47,629 nt of DNA from Candidatus Hydrogenedentota bacterium (GCA_963674865.2 CAXXYE010000005.1:1-47629); one strand, 5' to 3'; shown: positions 18,799 through 28,253, numbered from the stretch's first letter. Numbers and translations: made by a program. The notes: a model not told the origin generated them from the sequence alone.

Positions 18799-21700
18799 CT
18801 ACGTTGGGTCATTAATGCCGAGGAGCTTCCTTTTGTATAGCTCGACGCGATCCTCGAAGGGGAGTTCGCGGGCTCCAGGGTATTGAGCCCGTGTCCAGGG
18901 AAACACGGGCCATAGGATGGCTGTGTTGGGATAGGCCCCCGTGGCCAAGTGCCTTTCATCCGGGCTCAAGGCAACCGCCATGACATGCCCCTTGTGCTGG
19001 GTGAGTATGAGAAGCTCCCGGCCCGTATTCGTGTCCCAAAAGCGCACCGTATTGTCTCTTCCTCCCGTTATCAGACGTTTCCCGTCACGGGTGAAAGCAA
19101 CCGCATGTACGCGCGAGGTATGCCCTTCAAAGGTAAGTACTCGCTCGCCGGTCTTGATGTCCCATAGTCGGGCACGGCCATTGCGCTCGCCGCTGGCAAG
19201 ATGCTCGCCGTTTGGGCTGAAGGCAAGGCACCACACCCATTGGCTTCCTGCCTCGAGTGTCGAGACTGCAGTCCCCGTGCGAGCATTCCAGAGCCTTGCG
19301 GTTGCGTCGCGAGCACCGGTGGCAATGAGGTCGCCTGACGGACTGAAGGCTACGCAATCGAGCGGGGCTTCATGGCCTTCAAGTACGACCATTCTTTCTC
19401 CGGTTAACGCGTCCCAGACGGCGGCGGTGCCGTCCCAGCTCGCCGTGGCAAAACGCGCGCCATCGGGACTCACGGCCAGCGAGCGGATCTGGTCCTTGTG
19501 TCCGTCGATGGCCCGGAGTTGGCTGCCTGTCTCCGCATCCCAGACGACGAGAAGGCCACCTGCATCTCCCGTGAGGACGCGGCGGCTGTCGTGGAGGAAT
19601 GCGACCGCGCTTACGGGGCGATCACGCCCCTTGAACTCGCGGAGGGCGTGTCCCGTTCCGACGTCCCAGAGTATGGCGCGGTCGTCGTTGAAGTACTTGA
19701 GGTCGCCGCCTCCCGTAACCAAGAGTGTGTTGTCGGGACTGAAGGCGAGGGCATTGATGGGGCCGGTGTGTTCGGTGAGAACCGAGTACCTCTCCGTGGA
19801 GGCGAGGGCAAGGACGAGAAGTTCGCCTTTCTCGCCCTCTGTCACAACCCGTTCGCCGCCGGGGGCCATTGTGGCAAACCTGGGCGGGTTCGGGAATCCG
19901 TCGAGTTGGCGAATCTGCCGGCCTGAGGCGACTTCCCACACGCGGATGGTACGGTCCTCGCTGCTGGTGGCGATGAAGTCGCCGCATGGGCAGAAGCATA
20001 CGCACCAGACGATGCCGGTGTGCCCCTCGAAACACCTGACTTCTTCACCCGCGCGGCTGTCCCAAAGCCTGGTGGAATTATCGTCGCTCGCGCTGGCGAT
20101 ATATTCTCCGTGGGCGCTGAAGGCCACGCAGCGAACGGCGCCGGTATGTCCTGTCAATTCGTGTACCGGCTTTCCTGACGCGGCCTCCCAGATCCTGATG
20201 GTCCTATCGCGGCTGGCGGTGGCTATTCGCTTGCCGTCGCTGTCGAACGCCACGTGCAGGATGTCGTCGGTGTGGCCTTCGAGGCGGCAACGCTCGGCGC
20301 CGGTGCCCGAGTCGTACAAGGTGGCCCAACTGCCCAGGCCGCTGGCGGTGGCGATGCACTTTCCGTCCGGACTGAACGCGACGGCGTCTCCTTCGACCTC
20401 GAGTAGTCTACGCCCTGTTCCGACATCCCAAAGCATCGTCGAGCCGCCGGTGTGTGAGGTGGCCAAGAGCTGTCCGTCCGCGCTGTAGGCCACCCGCTCG
20501 ACATTGCCCTGCTCCCCTTGGAGGGTCATGATCTCGTCGCCTGTTCGCACATCCCAAACCTTGGCGGAGTCGTCGTCACTTGCGGTAGCCAGTTGCGTTC
20601 CATCGGGTGAGAAACTCGCCCAGGCTATTCGGTCGGTGTGTCCGCGGAGGGCCATCAGATCGGGGTAGCTAAGGTTGAGGAGGAGGCCCCACTCACAATG
20701 CCTGCGCTTCTCTGGTGTGTTCATGAGGGCATCTCGGGCCTCGCGAAGCCGGCGATTCTCGATGGCGCTCTTGGCCCAGCTTATTGAAGCGGAGTAGAAT
20801 TCTTGTTCTGTCCGGGCCTTCTCTTTGAGTATCGCTGTCATGGAGACTGCAATCGAGATGGCCAGTACGAGCAGGACGGACGCGGTTGCCCCAAGGCCGA
20901 GTTTGTGTGCCTGGATGAAGCGTTTCAGGCGCTCGTTCTTTGAATAATGGTACGCCGCGACCAAGGAGCCCGTCTGAAAGCGCTCGATTTCCGCGGCCAG
21001 CTCTTTGGCGGATCGGTAGCGCGCTTGGGGCGTTTTCTGCATGGCGCGAACGCAGATGGCCACCAGTTCGGCCGGCGCGTTAGGTTCGAGGGCCGTTACC
21101 GGGGTGGGGTTGCCGTGAACTACGCGGTTCGCAATGTCTTCGGCGGAGGCGCCTGTGAAGGGCCGCCTCCCCGTCAGGAGCTCATAAAGGACGGCGCCTA
21201 AGGCGTATACGTCGGAGCGCTCGTCGATGGCGTCAGTGTCGCCCAGCGCCTGTTCCGGCGGCATGTAATGCGGCGTGCCGAGGAGGTGGCCGTACCTCGT
21301 CAGGCCTGCAGCATCCTCATCGCACGCTTGATGCGCCTCTTTGCCTTCCGTTGGTGTGGCCGGTGCTTCCTGAGCGCCTTTCACCTTCGCAAGCCCCCAG
21401 TCAATCACCACCGTCTCGCCGAACTCGCCGATCATCACGTTGGACGGCTTGATGTCACGATGGATGACGCCCCGGCCATGGGAGTAAGCGATGGCCTGGC
21501 AGAGATCCTGGAAGTGAGCGAGCAGCGCGAGTCGTCGGTGCAAGGAGCCGGCGCCGGCGATGGCTTGCTCGAGGGTGTGTCCTCGCACCAGTTTCATTGT
21601 GTAATAGAGTGTTCCGTCCCGGCGGCGTCCCAGCTCGTGAACGGGCACAATGGCGGGATGCTCGAGTTGGCCCGTGATCCGCGCTTCCCTTAGGAAGCGC

Positions 21701-22020
21701 AGTGCCGTCGAATCGGAGGGAAGCCAGGGGACATCGTCAGCGAGCGTCTCTACATCGGGCGAGGCCTGGGGAGTAAGTTCCTTCAGGGCAATATCTCGAG
21801 CGAGAAGTACGTCGTTTACTACAAGGACCCGGCCAAGGCCGCCCCGGCCATATTCGCGGATCTCGCGGTATCGTCCGGGGGATTCGACAGCGTCAGCGAG
21901 GTGTTCCAGAGCCTGGTCTTCCCCGGCGCCGACGGGTTCTGGACCGTTCTCGGGAAGCGGCAGATCTCTCGTAAGGGCCTCCTCGGGCGGAGGCGGATCC
22001 GGCGACATTCTTGTGCTCAA
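18799..22020 (-). CDS. Hanks-type Ser/Thr kinase - TM helix - 14 WD40 repeats
   Basis: GRGGLG, ALKE, HRDIKPSN, DWG, GTPHYMPPEQ, DVYALG; hydrophobic LGLGATASVLLVLAISIAV; GH...WD repeats; AAGGAG RBS before TTG. Confidence 0.95.
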   Translation of the reverse strand: MSTRMSPDPPPPEEALTRDLPLPENGPEPVGAGEDQALEHLADAVESPGRYREIREYGRGGLGRVLVVNDVLLARDIALKELTPQASPDVETLADDVPWLPSDSTALRFLREARITGQLEHPAIVPVHELGRRRDGTLYYTMKLVRGHTLEQAIAGAGSLHRRLALLAHFQDLCQAIAYSHGRGVIHRDIKPSNVMIGEFGETVVIDWGLAKVKGAQEAPATPTEGKEAHQACDEDAAGLTRYGHLLGTPHYMPPEQALGDTDAIDERSDVYALGAVLYELLTGRRPFTGASAEDIANRVVHGNPTPVTALEPNAPAELVAICVRAMQKTPQARYRSAKELAAEIERFQTGSLVAAYHYSKNERLKRFIQAHKLGLGATASVLLVLAISIAVSMTAILKEKARTEQEFYSASISWAKSAIENRRLREARDALMNTPEKRRHCEWGLLLNLSYPDLMALRGHTDRIAWASFSPDGTQLATASDDDSAKVWDVRTGDEIMTLQGEQGNVERVAYSADGQLLATSHTGGSTMLWDVGTGRRLLEVEGDAVAFSPDGKCIATASGLGSWATLYDSGTGAERCRLEGHTDDILHVAFDSDGKRIATASRDRTIRIWEAASGKPVHELTGHTGAVRCVAFSAHGEYIASASDDNSTRLWDSRAGEEVRCFEGHTGIVWCVCFCPCGDFIATSSEDRTIRVWEVASGRQIRQLDGFPNPPRFATMAPGGERVVTEGEKGELLVLALASTERYSVLTEHTGPINALAFSPDNTLLVTGGGDLKYFNDDRAILWDVGTGHALREFKGRDRPVSAVAFLHDSRRVLTGDAGGLLVVWDAETGSQLRAIDGHKDQIRSLAVSPDGARFATASWDGTAAVWDALTGERMVVLEGHEAPLDCVAFSPSGDLIATGARDATARLWNARTGTAVSTLEAGSQWVWCLAFSPNGEHLASGERNGRARLWDIKTGERVLTFEGHTSRVHAVAFTRDGKRLITGGRDNTVRFWDTNTGRELLILTQHKGHVMAVALSPDERHLATGAYPNTAILWPVFPWTRAQYPGARELPFEDRVELYKRKLLGINDPT

Positions 22021-22165
22021 CGGCGTTCTCCTTACGGCCCCCTAAAGCGAAAGAAGAGACTGCCAGCGGGCCCATTTGGGCGCATACAGGGCCATTGGGC
22101 TAAGTGCTTCGGTTCATTGTATACGATCGAGATGCTGAGGCCAATGGCTCGAGAGTGGCTAGTTC

Positions 22166-22194
22166 TTGACAACCCGAACCTAGTGCTGTAGTAT
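22166..22194 (+). promoter_or_regulatory. Sigma70-type promoter facing the FG-GAP gene
   Basis: TTGACA-N17-TAGTAT. Confidence 0.6.
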
Positions 22195-22500
22195 AACTAC
22201 TGATGAGAAGACTTCTGGGCGTGTGGTTTACGCTCTCCTTGGGTTGGGGATACCGCAGGGTAGTTTTTTCTCGCAAGTTGCTCTTGCATGTGTGTGGAGC
22301 TTTGCGACGGGTTGAGTTGTCTGGTGGGGCGATGGTGAAGTCCCTTCGACTCGATTCTTGGGAGATGTTCGGCTTTGGGCAGGGGGCGCGTTTGAGTCAT
22401 TCTGGGTTTTGGGGTAAAGTCGGTCTGTCGGCATAGTAACTACGCCGGTGGGCGGATGAAGGAGCTTCGCGTGACGCGGAGTAAGGGAGGGGGTTTGGGT

Positions 22501-24777
22501 ATGAGGCTATTTCGTGCTCTCGCACATCTTGAAGTGATACTGCTTGTCTGTTTGGGAGTATCGGTGGCGGCCGATGCACAACTACCGTCCACGATCGATC
22601 TGAAGAATGGTGAGGAGGACGTGACCATCTACGGCGCGGAAGCCGGGGATGAGCTGACGCGATCAAGGCTGTTGACGGTGGGCGACCTGAACAATGACGG
22701 AGTAATGGACTTGCTCATAGGGGCACAGTGGGCGGATGGGCCGACGATTGGGCGGCTCGACTGCGGCCAGATATACGTGTATTTCTCCGCGGCCGACGCG
22801 GCGGGTACGCTTGATGGCGCGGGCGTTGTAGGCGACCCTCCGGATGTGATCATTTACGGCGCCACCGCGGATGACCGCCTGGGCAACTCGGGCGCTATCA
22901 TCGGCGATGTGAATGGTGATGGGATCAATGACCTGATCACCGGTATCGCGCGCGGCGATGGGCCAGCCGACACGCGTACCACCTGTGGCGAGGCGTACAT
23001 CCTCTTCGGGCGCTCGACTTGGCCTTCTACGATGGACCTTGCGGATGGCGATCAGGATGTGACTATCTACGGCGCGCAGTACGGAGATAATCTGACGAGT
23101 GAGGGCTCGTGGGTCATTGCCGATTTCAATGATGATGGCATGAACGACCTTGTCCTCGGTGCGGATAACGCGGACGGGCCATCCAACTCGCGTAGCCGGG
23201 CCGGAGAGGCATACGTCTTCTACGGGCGTTCGACATGGCCCACCTCCATGGACATCGCAAGCGGTGCTCAAGACGTGATCATCTACGGCGCCAGCGGCTC
23301 GGTTGGCTCTTCACCCGCTGATCGGCTTACGAATGACGGCTCGGTGGCCTGCGGCGATCTCAACGGTGACGGCATAAGCGACCTCGTGTTGGGCGCACAC
23401 TACGCGCTGCGCACGGCGCCGCCCGGCGCCGACAACGTCGAAGGCGAGGCGTATATTATCTATGGCTCGAGCAGTCTGGCCAGCTCTATCGATCTGGGGA
23501 GCGGCGAGGAAGATGTCACAATCGTCTGCGGGCTCACGGCGGCGCACCTCACACGGGAGCGCACCATACAAACGGGCGATTTGAACGGCGACGGCGTGGA
23601 TGATCTCGCTCTTGGGGCCTACACGGACAGCACGGGATGGGCCTTTGTCATCTATGGCTCCTCCAGCTTGTCCAGCACGATCACGCTGTCTTCGGGCGAG
23701 GCGGATGTTACCGTCACCGGCCCCGCCTATCTGACAAAGGACGGATTGATGGCCATTGCCAACGTCAATGCCGATGGCGTGAAGGACCTGATACTTGGTG
23801 TTGAGAACGGCAAGGTGAGCGTTATCTTCGGGTCGGGGAGCCTGCCCGCGACGGTGGATCTGAACGCGTATGCCGAGGATGCGTATCTGCACAGCGGACC
23901 GAATCCCGTGGAGCGGGCGCTTGCGGCGGCTGACGTAAACGGTGACGGCGTGGACGACATCATCGTGGGCGGCGGTACGGCGGATGGCCCCACGGGGGAC
24001 ACGCGAACGGATGCGGGCGGTGCGTTCATTGTCTACGGCTCCGCCGGACTGTCGGGCGAGATGGACTTGTCCTCAACAGGCCCCGACGTGACGATCTACG
24101 GTGCGACGGCCGGGGACATGCTTACCTACAGTGATCGAGTCATCGGGAGCTTCGGGGTGGGCGACCTCAATGATGACGGGCTCTACGAGCTAATTATGGG
24201 GGCGGACGGTGGTGACGGCCCCAGCGAATCGCGAACGGACTGCGGCGAGGCCTACATCATCTTCGGGGCTACCGCGGCTGCATCGGCCACGGTGGAGCAG
24301 ACGGATCACCCGGGCGACCCGCTACCGGAGACTTATGGGACGGCCGCAACCACCATCGACTTCAGTTCCGGTGACAATGCAAGTACGACGACGGTTACTC
24401 GTTATCGAGGAGCTCCGCCGGCCAAGGCGGGGGACGATCTTCGAACCGCCACGGTGTACTGGCGGATAACGACGGATCGGACGAATTTCTCGGCGGACGT
24501 GACGTTCAGGTATACGACGTCGGAGATCGCGGGCATGGACGAGGCGACGCTGCAAGTGTATCAATCGTCTTCACTGAGCGGGCCTTATACTCCCGTCACG
24601 ACGGTCCTGAATACCGATCAGAATACGGCGACGGCGACGGGCCTGACGAGTTTCTCGTACTTCATCCTGAAAGGGGCGAAGAGCGTGCCGGCCTCGCGTG
24701 TGCCTGGCACCGTGGCTCTCGCTGCGGCGCTGGGAGTTGCCGGAGTGATGCTGGTGTTGCGCTTGCGGCGGCAGTGA
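22501..24777 (+). CDS. Secreted FG-GAP (integrin alpha-like propeller) surface protein with C-terminal anchor
   Basis: Signal peptide ..VAADA; eight (D/N)xNxDG..DL.(I/L)G repeats with GEAYI.(F/Y)G; beta-rich domain; C-terminal VP-TM-RLRRQ. Confidence 0.9.
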   Translation: MRLFRALAHLEVILLVCLGVSVAADAQLPSTIDLKNGEEDVTIYGAEAGDELTRSRLLTVGDLNNDGVMDLLIGAQWADGPTIGRLDCGQIYVYFSAADAAGTLDGAGVVGDPPDVIIYGATADDRLGNSGAIIGDVNGDGINDLITGIARGDGPADTRTTCGEAYILFGRSTWPSTMDLADGDQDVTIYGAQYGDNLTSEGSWVIADFNDDGMNDLVLGADNADGPSNSRSRAGEAYVFYGRSTWPTSMDIASGAQDVIIYGASGSVGSSPADRLTNDGSVACGDLNGDGISDLVLGAHYALRTAPPGADNVEGEAYIIYGSSSLASSIDLGSGEEDVTIVCGLTAAHLTRERTIQTGDLNGDGVDDLALGAYTDSTGWAFVIYGSSSLSSTITLSSGEADVTVTGPAYLTKDGLMAIANVNADGVKDLILGVENGKVSVIFGSGSLPATVDLNAYAEDAYLHSGPNPVERALAAADVNGDGVDDIIVGGGTADGPTGDTRTDAGGAFIVYGSAGLSGEMDLSSTGPDVTIYGATAGDMLTYSDRVIGSFGVGDLNDDGLYELIMGADGGDGPSESRTDCGEAYIIFGATAAASATVEQTDHPGDPLPETYGTAATTIDFSSGDNASTTTVTRYRGAPPAKAGDDLRTATVYWRITTDRTNFSADVTFRYTTSEIAGMDEATLQVYQSSSLSGPYTPVTTVLNTDQNTATATGLTSFSYFILKGAKSVPASRVPGTVALAAALGVAGVMLVLRLRRQ

Positions 24778-24797
24778 GGTCATCAGTTGTCTGTGCG

Positions 24798-24835
24798 GAT
24801 GCCCCCAGGATGGATTTCTTGGGGGCATCGCTTTT
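24798..24835 (+). terminator. Intrinsic terminator
   Basis: GATGCCCCCAGGA / TCTTGGGGGCATC stem followed by GCTTTT, 20 nt after the stop. Confidence 0.7.
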
Positions 24836-24889
24836 CCGCACGCGGCCGATTCGGTGATTCTTTTCCCTTCCACCGCGGGGAATTTGTTC

Positions 24890-24918
24890 TTGGCAATCTT
24901 GGCGGGGCTTTCTATAAT
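24890..24918 (+). promoter_or_regulatory. Sigma70-type promoter
   Basis: TTGGCA-N17-TATAAT about 60 nt upstream of ATG 24981. Confidence 0.7.
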
Positions 24919-24980
24919 AGTTGACGCATTTCTATTCTGAAAGCTGCGTTCTTTCTGAACTGTGCGAGGAGGAGAAGAGA

Positions 24981-26147
24981 ATGGCCAAGAAGAAGATGAA
25001 CGTCGCGATGATCGGGGCGCAATTCATGGGCAAGACGCATAGCAATGCCTGGCGCAAGGTGGGGATGTTCTTCGACCTGCCTGTCGAGCCTGTGATGAAG
25101 GTTCTATGCGGCAAGTTTCCGGAAGAGGTCGAGGTGGCGGGGAAGTGGGGTTGGGAAGAGACCTCGCTCAACTGGAAAGAGGTGGTGGCGCGTCCAGATA
25201 TTGATGTGGTGGACATCTGCACGCCGAACTTCCTTCATCCGCCGATAGCGATAGCCGCCGCCAAGGCGGGCAAGCACGTTGTGTGCGAGAAGCCTTTGGC
25301 CAATACGCTCAAAGAAGCGGAGGCGATGTTGGCCGCGGTGAAGAAGGCCAAGATTAAGCATATGTGCGGTTTCTCCTATCGCTATGCTCCGGCGGTGGCG
25401 ACGATCAAGCAGATGATCGCCAAAGGCGAGTTGGGGAAGATCTTCCATTTCCGTGCGGCGTATCAGCAGGATTGGATTGTGGATCCTGACTTCCCGATGG
25501 TTTGGCGCTTGAAGAAGAAGCACACGGGCTCCGGGGCGCTCGGGGACATTGGGGCGCACATCACGGACCTTTGCCAGTACCTCGTGGGCGACGTGAGCGA
25601 GGTGTGCTCGTCGATGAGGACGTTTATCAAGAAGCGCGCGGTCGCGGATAGCGATATCGGCATCACGGCGAAGAAGGGCAAGAAGCGCGCGGCCAAGATG
25701 GATACCGTGGACGTGGATGACGCGGCGATCTTCCTCGGGCATATCAAGGGAGCGGACACGCTGGCGACATTCGAGGCGACGCGATTCGCGCCGGGCCGCC
25801 GCAACTACAACTCCATCGAGGTCTACGGTAGCGAAGGGTCGGTCTTGTGGAATCAGGAAGACATGAACATCTTCCATTACTTCAACCGGAATGATCCCGA
25901 GCTTGTGCAAGGTTTTCGCCGGGTGCACGCGACCGACGCAGGCCATCCGTACCAGGAGGCGTGGTGGCCCACAGGACACATCATTGGCTATGAGCACTTG
26001 TTTGTGCACGAGATCCGCGACTTCCTGGTGAACATCAACAAGAAGGCGGAGCCATACTCGACGTTTGTGGATGCCGTGAAGTGCCAAAAGGTGCTGGACG
26101 CGGTCGAGCGGGCCGACCGGACGCGGAAGTGGGAGAAGGTGAAGTAA
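24981..26147 (+). CDS. Gfo/Idh/MocA oxidoreductase (levoglucosan/glycoside 3-dehydrogenase-like)
   Basis: IGAQFMGKTHS, CEKPLA, WRL..GSGALGDIGAH, WWPTGHIIGYEH; GGAGGAG RBS. Confidence 0.92.
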   Translation: MAKKKMNVAMIGAQFMGKTHSNAWRKVGMFFDLPVEPVMKVLCGKFPEEVEVAGKWGWEETSLNWKEVVARPDIDVVDICTPNFLHPPIAIAAAKAGKHVVCEKPLANTLKEAEAMLAAVKKAKIKHMCGFSYRYAPAVATIKQMIAKGELGKIFHFRAAYQQDWIVDPDFPMVWRLKKKHTGSGALGDIGAHITDLCQYLVGDVSEVCSSMRTFIKKRAVADSDIGITAKKGKKRAAKMDTVDVDDAAIFLGHIKGADTLATFEATRFAPGRRNYNSIEVYGSEGSVLWNQEDMNIFHYFNRNDPELVQGFRRVHATDAGHPYQEAWWPTGHIIGYEHLFVHEIRDFLVNINKKAEPYSTFVDAVKCQKVLDAVERADRTRKWEKVK

Positions 26148-26201
26148 GAACAGATGGGTCGCGGGACCTTTGCTGAGGCGCAATAAGAGGAGGGTGAACG
26201 G

Positions 26202-27164
26202 ATGAAGCTGGGTCTTCTGACGGTTATGTTCAGCGATAAGCCGCTGAAAGATGTCTTGAAAATGATCCGGCCGCTGGGGCTGCAGGCGGTTGAACTAGGC
26301 TGCGGGAATTATCCCGGGAACGCACACTGCGATCCAAAGGTGCTGCTGTCGTCGAAGCCGAAGCGGGAAGAGTTGAAGGCGATGCTCCGGGGCGAGGGCC
26401 TGATCATCAGCGCGCTCAGCTGCCATGGAAATTGCCTGCATCCCGACAAGGACTTCGCGAAAAACAGCGCCGACGTGCAGAAAGACACGATTAGGCTGGC
26501 CGAGCAGTTGGGCGTTAAGGTCGTGATCGATTTCTCGGGCTGTCCCGGCTCGGATGAGAAGTCGACGAAGCCGAACTGGGTGACGTGCCCGTGGCCGCCG
26601 GACTATCTCGAGGTGCTCGAGTGGCAATGGGACAAGAAGGTGGTTCCTTATTGGAAGAAGCAGGCGAAGTTCGCCAAGGACCACGGCGTAAACGTGGCTT
26701 TCGAGGCGCATCCGGGATTCGTCGTTTACAATCCTGAGACGGTGCTCAAGATTCGCAAGCTCTGCGGCAATAACCTCGGTGCAAACCTCGATCCGAGCCA
26801 TTTCTTCTGGCAAGGCATCGAGCCAGTCGAGGCGGTGCGGGCGCTGGGCAAAGCCATCTTCCACGTGCATGCTAAGGACTCGCTGGTGTATCCGCAGAAC
26901 GCGCGTGTCAACGGCGTACTCGACACCAAGCATTACGGCGATGAAATCAACCGCTCGTGGATCTTCCGGACTTGTGGTTACGGCCATGGCTTCGATTGGT
27001 GGAAGGATTTCGTGTCAACGCTGCGCATGGTGGGCTATGACCACGTGCTAAGCATCGAGCATGAGGATAGCCTGATGTCGAGTTGGGAAGGGCTGACCAA
27101 AGCGACCGACTTCCTGAAGCAAGCGCTGATCAAGGAAAAGGTCACCGCGATGACGTGGGCCTAA
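26202..27164 (+). CDS. Sugar phosphate isomerase/epimerase family TIM barrel (IolE/YcjR-like)
   Basis: SALSCHGN, FSGCPG, FEAHPG, LDPSH, HVHAKD, SIEHED. Confidence 0.9.
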   Translation: MKLGLLTVMFSDKPLKDVLKMIRPLGLQAVELGCGNYPGNAHCDPKVLLSSKPKREELKAMLRGEGLIISALSCHGNCLHPDKDFAKNSADVQKDTIRLAEQLGVKVVIDFSGCPGSDEKSTKPNWVTCPWPPDYLEVLEWQWDKKVVPYWKKQAKFAKDHGVNVAFEAHPGFVVYNPETVLKIRKLCGNNLGANLDPSHFFWQGIEPVEAVRALGKAIFHVHAKDSLVYPQNARVNGVLDTKHYGDEINRSWIFRTCGYGHGFDWWKDFVSTLRMVGYDHVLSIEHEDSLMSSWEGLTKATDFLKQALIKEKVTAMTWA

Positions 27165-27181
27165 GGGCCATAGAACAATCT

Positions 27182-27226
27182 ACCGGGGAGTCTTTCTCCT
27201 GAAGAAGGACTCCCCGGTTTCTTCTT
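27182..27226 (+). terminator. Intrinsic terminator between convergent genes
   Basis: ACCGGGGAGTCTTTCT / AGAAGGACTCCCCGGT stem followed by TTCTTCTT. Confidence 0.75.
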
Positions 27227-27237
27227 GGGGGAAGCGC

Positions 27238-28074
27238 TCAGGCGCTCGCGGCGTCACTGAGGATCTCACGCACAAACTGCGTGTTGTCCGCCACTTGATC
27301 GCTGTATTTGGGGAACATGCCGACGACGCAGGCATCGGTGTCTTTGATGCCACTATAAGCCGTGGCGAAGGCGTCGCGCACCTGTTCGGGGGTGTTGCAG
27401 AGCCGGCTGGCGCCGAGGAGCTTGAAGGCGAGGCAGGGCTTCGGCGTTTCCCGGATAACTTCGAGCATCTTGAAGCGGTCGTCATGGTCGAAATGCTCTT
27501 CCGCGTCATCTTTGCCGCCGGCGAGCGCACTCTCTCGTTTCTTGACGCTCAGGTTGTACAAACAGGCCATGTAGAAATCGAGGTCCCACGCCTCCTCTTC
27601 GGCGAGGCGGATGACTTCGGGGATATGCGTGCCCAGGCCGACGGCGACGCCTGTGTCGCGGGCGACTTTGGCGAGTTCGCGTACCTCCGACATGTCGCCG
27701 TCGAGGTAGTGGTTATCCGTCCAGGTTCCGTGGATATAGATGGCCAACGCGCCGAATCCGGCGAGGCTTCGAACGTGTCCTTGGAGATCACGCAGCTCGG
27801 AGGCTGTCTGGAAGATGACGTGCATCGTGCCGCCCTCGGCCCAGTACTCGCGTATCATGGCGAGGCAAAGAACATCCCCACGAATCTGGACGGTGTTGAT
27901 CCCGTGGCGCTCGCAGGCGAAAAGTGTTTCTTTGACACGGGCCATTGTGTAGAACTCGAGCATGTCGCGGCCCATGGCCTTCGAGAAGTGCGAGTTTCCC
28001 CGGAAGGGATTGCCGCCGATGATGAGGCGGGTGAGTTTTTGGCCGCCGAGCGATACGGTGGGAAGCAGGGACAT
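27238..28074 (-). CDS. Aldo/keto reductase-like TIM-barrel protein
   Basis: LPTVSLGGQKLTRLIIGGNP N-terminus, VGLGTH, KPCLAFKLLGA and VVGMFP. Confidence 0.7.
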   Translation of the reverse strand: MSLLPTVSLGGQKLTRLIIGGNPFRGNSHFSKAMGRDMLEFYTMARVKETLFACERHGINTVQIRGDVLCLAMIREYWAEGGTMHVIFQTASELRDLQGHVRSLAGFGALAIYIHGTWTDNHYLDGDMSEVRELAKVARDTGVAVGLGTHIPEVIRLAEEEAWDLDFYMACLYNLSVKKRESALAGGKDDAEEHFDHDDRFKMLEVIRETPKPCLAFKLLGASRLCNTPEQVRDAFATAYSGIKDTDACVVGMFPKYSDQVADNTQFVREILSDAASA

Positions 28075-28253
28075 GTGATTGGACCTCTCTGTGATAGGGG
28101 CACGGCCTAGGCGCTCTCGGGCCTAACATTCGAGAGCGATTATCCCGTAAGGACAGGCCGCCCATGCGACGCAGGTGGCTCGCCTACGGCTGCGCCACCT
28201 TGGCGTATGCTACAATCCGCGGGAGCCTGGATTCAATCTTCGGGAGGCAAGGC

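Noticed and set aside
18941..20488. Long antisense ORFs (also 25104..26183, 28233..29444, 43497..44366 and others)
   Set aside because: Shadows of well-supported opposite-strand genes in high-GC DNA, with no recognisable motifs.
18799..22020. NLR/STAND-type anti-phage sensor with WD40 repeats
   Set aside because: No NACHT/NB-ARC P-loop; the architecture is kinase-TM-WD40 and no defence genes are adjacent.
22145..22160. Sigma54-like TGGCTCGAGAGTGGCT
   Set aside because: Spacing is right but both elements mismatch, and a better sigma70 promoter follows immediately.
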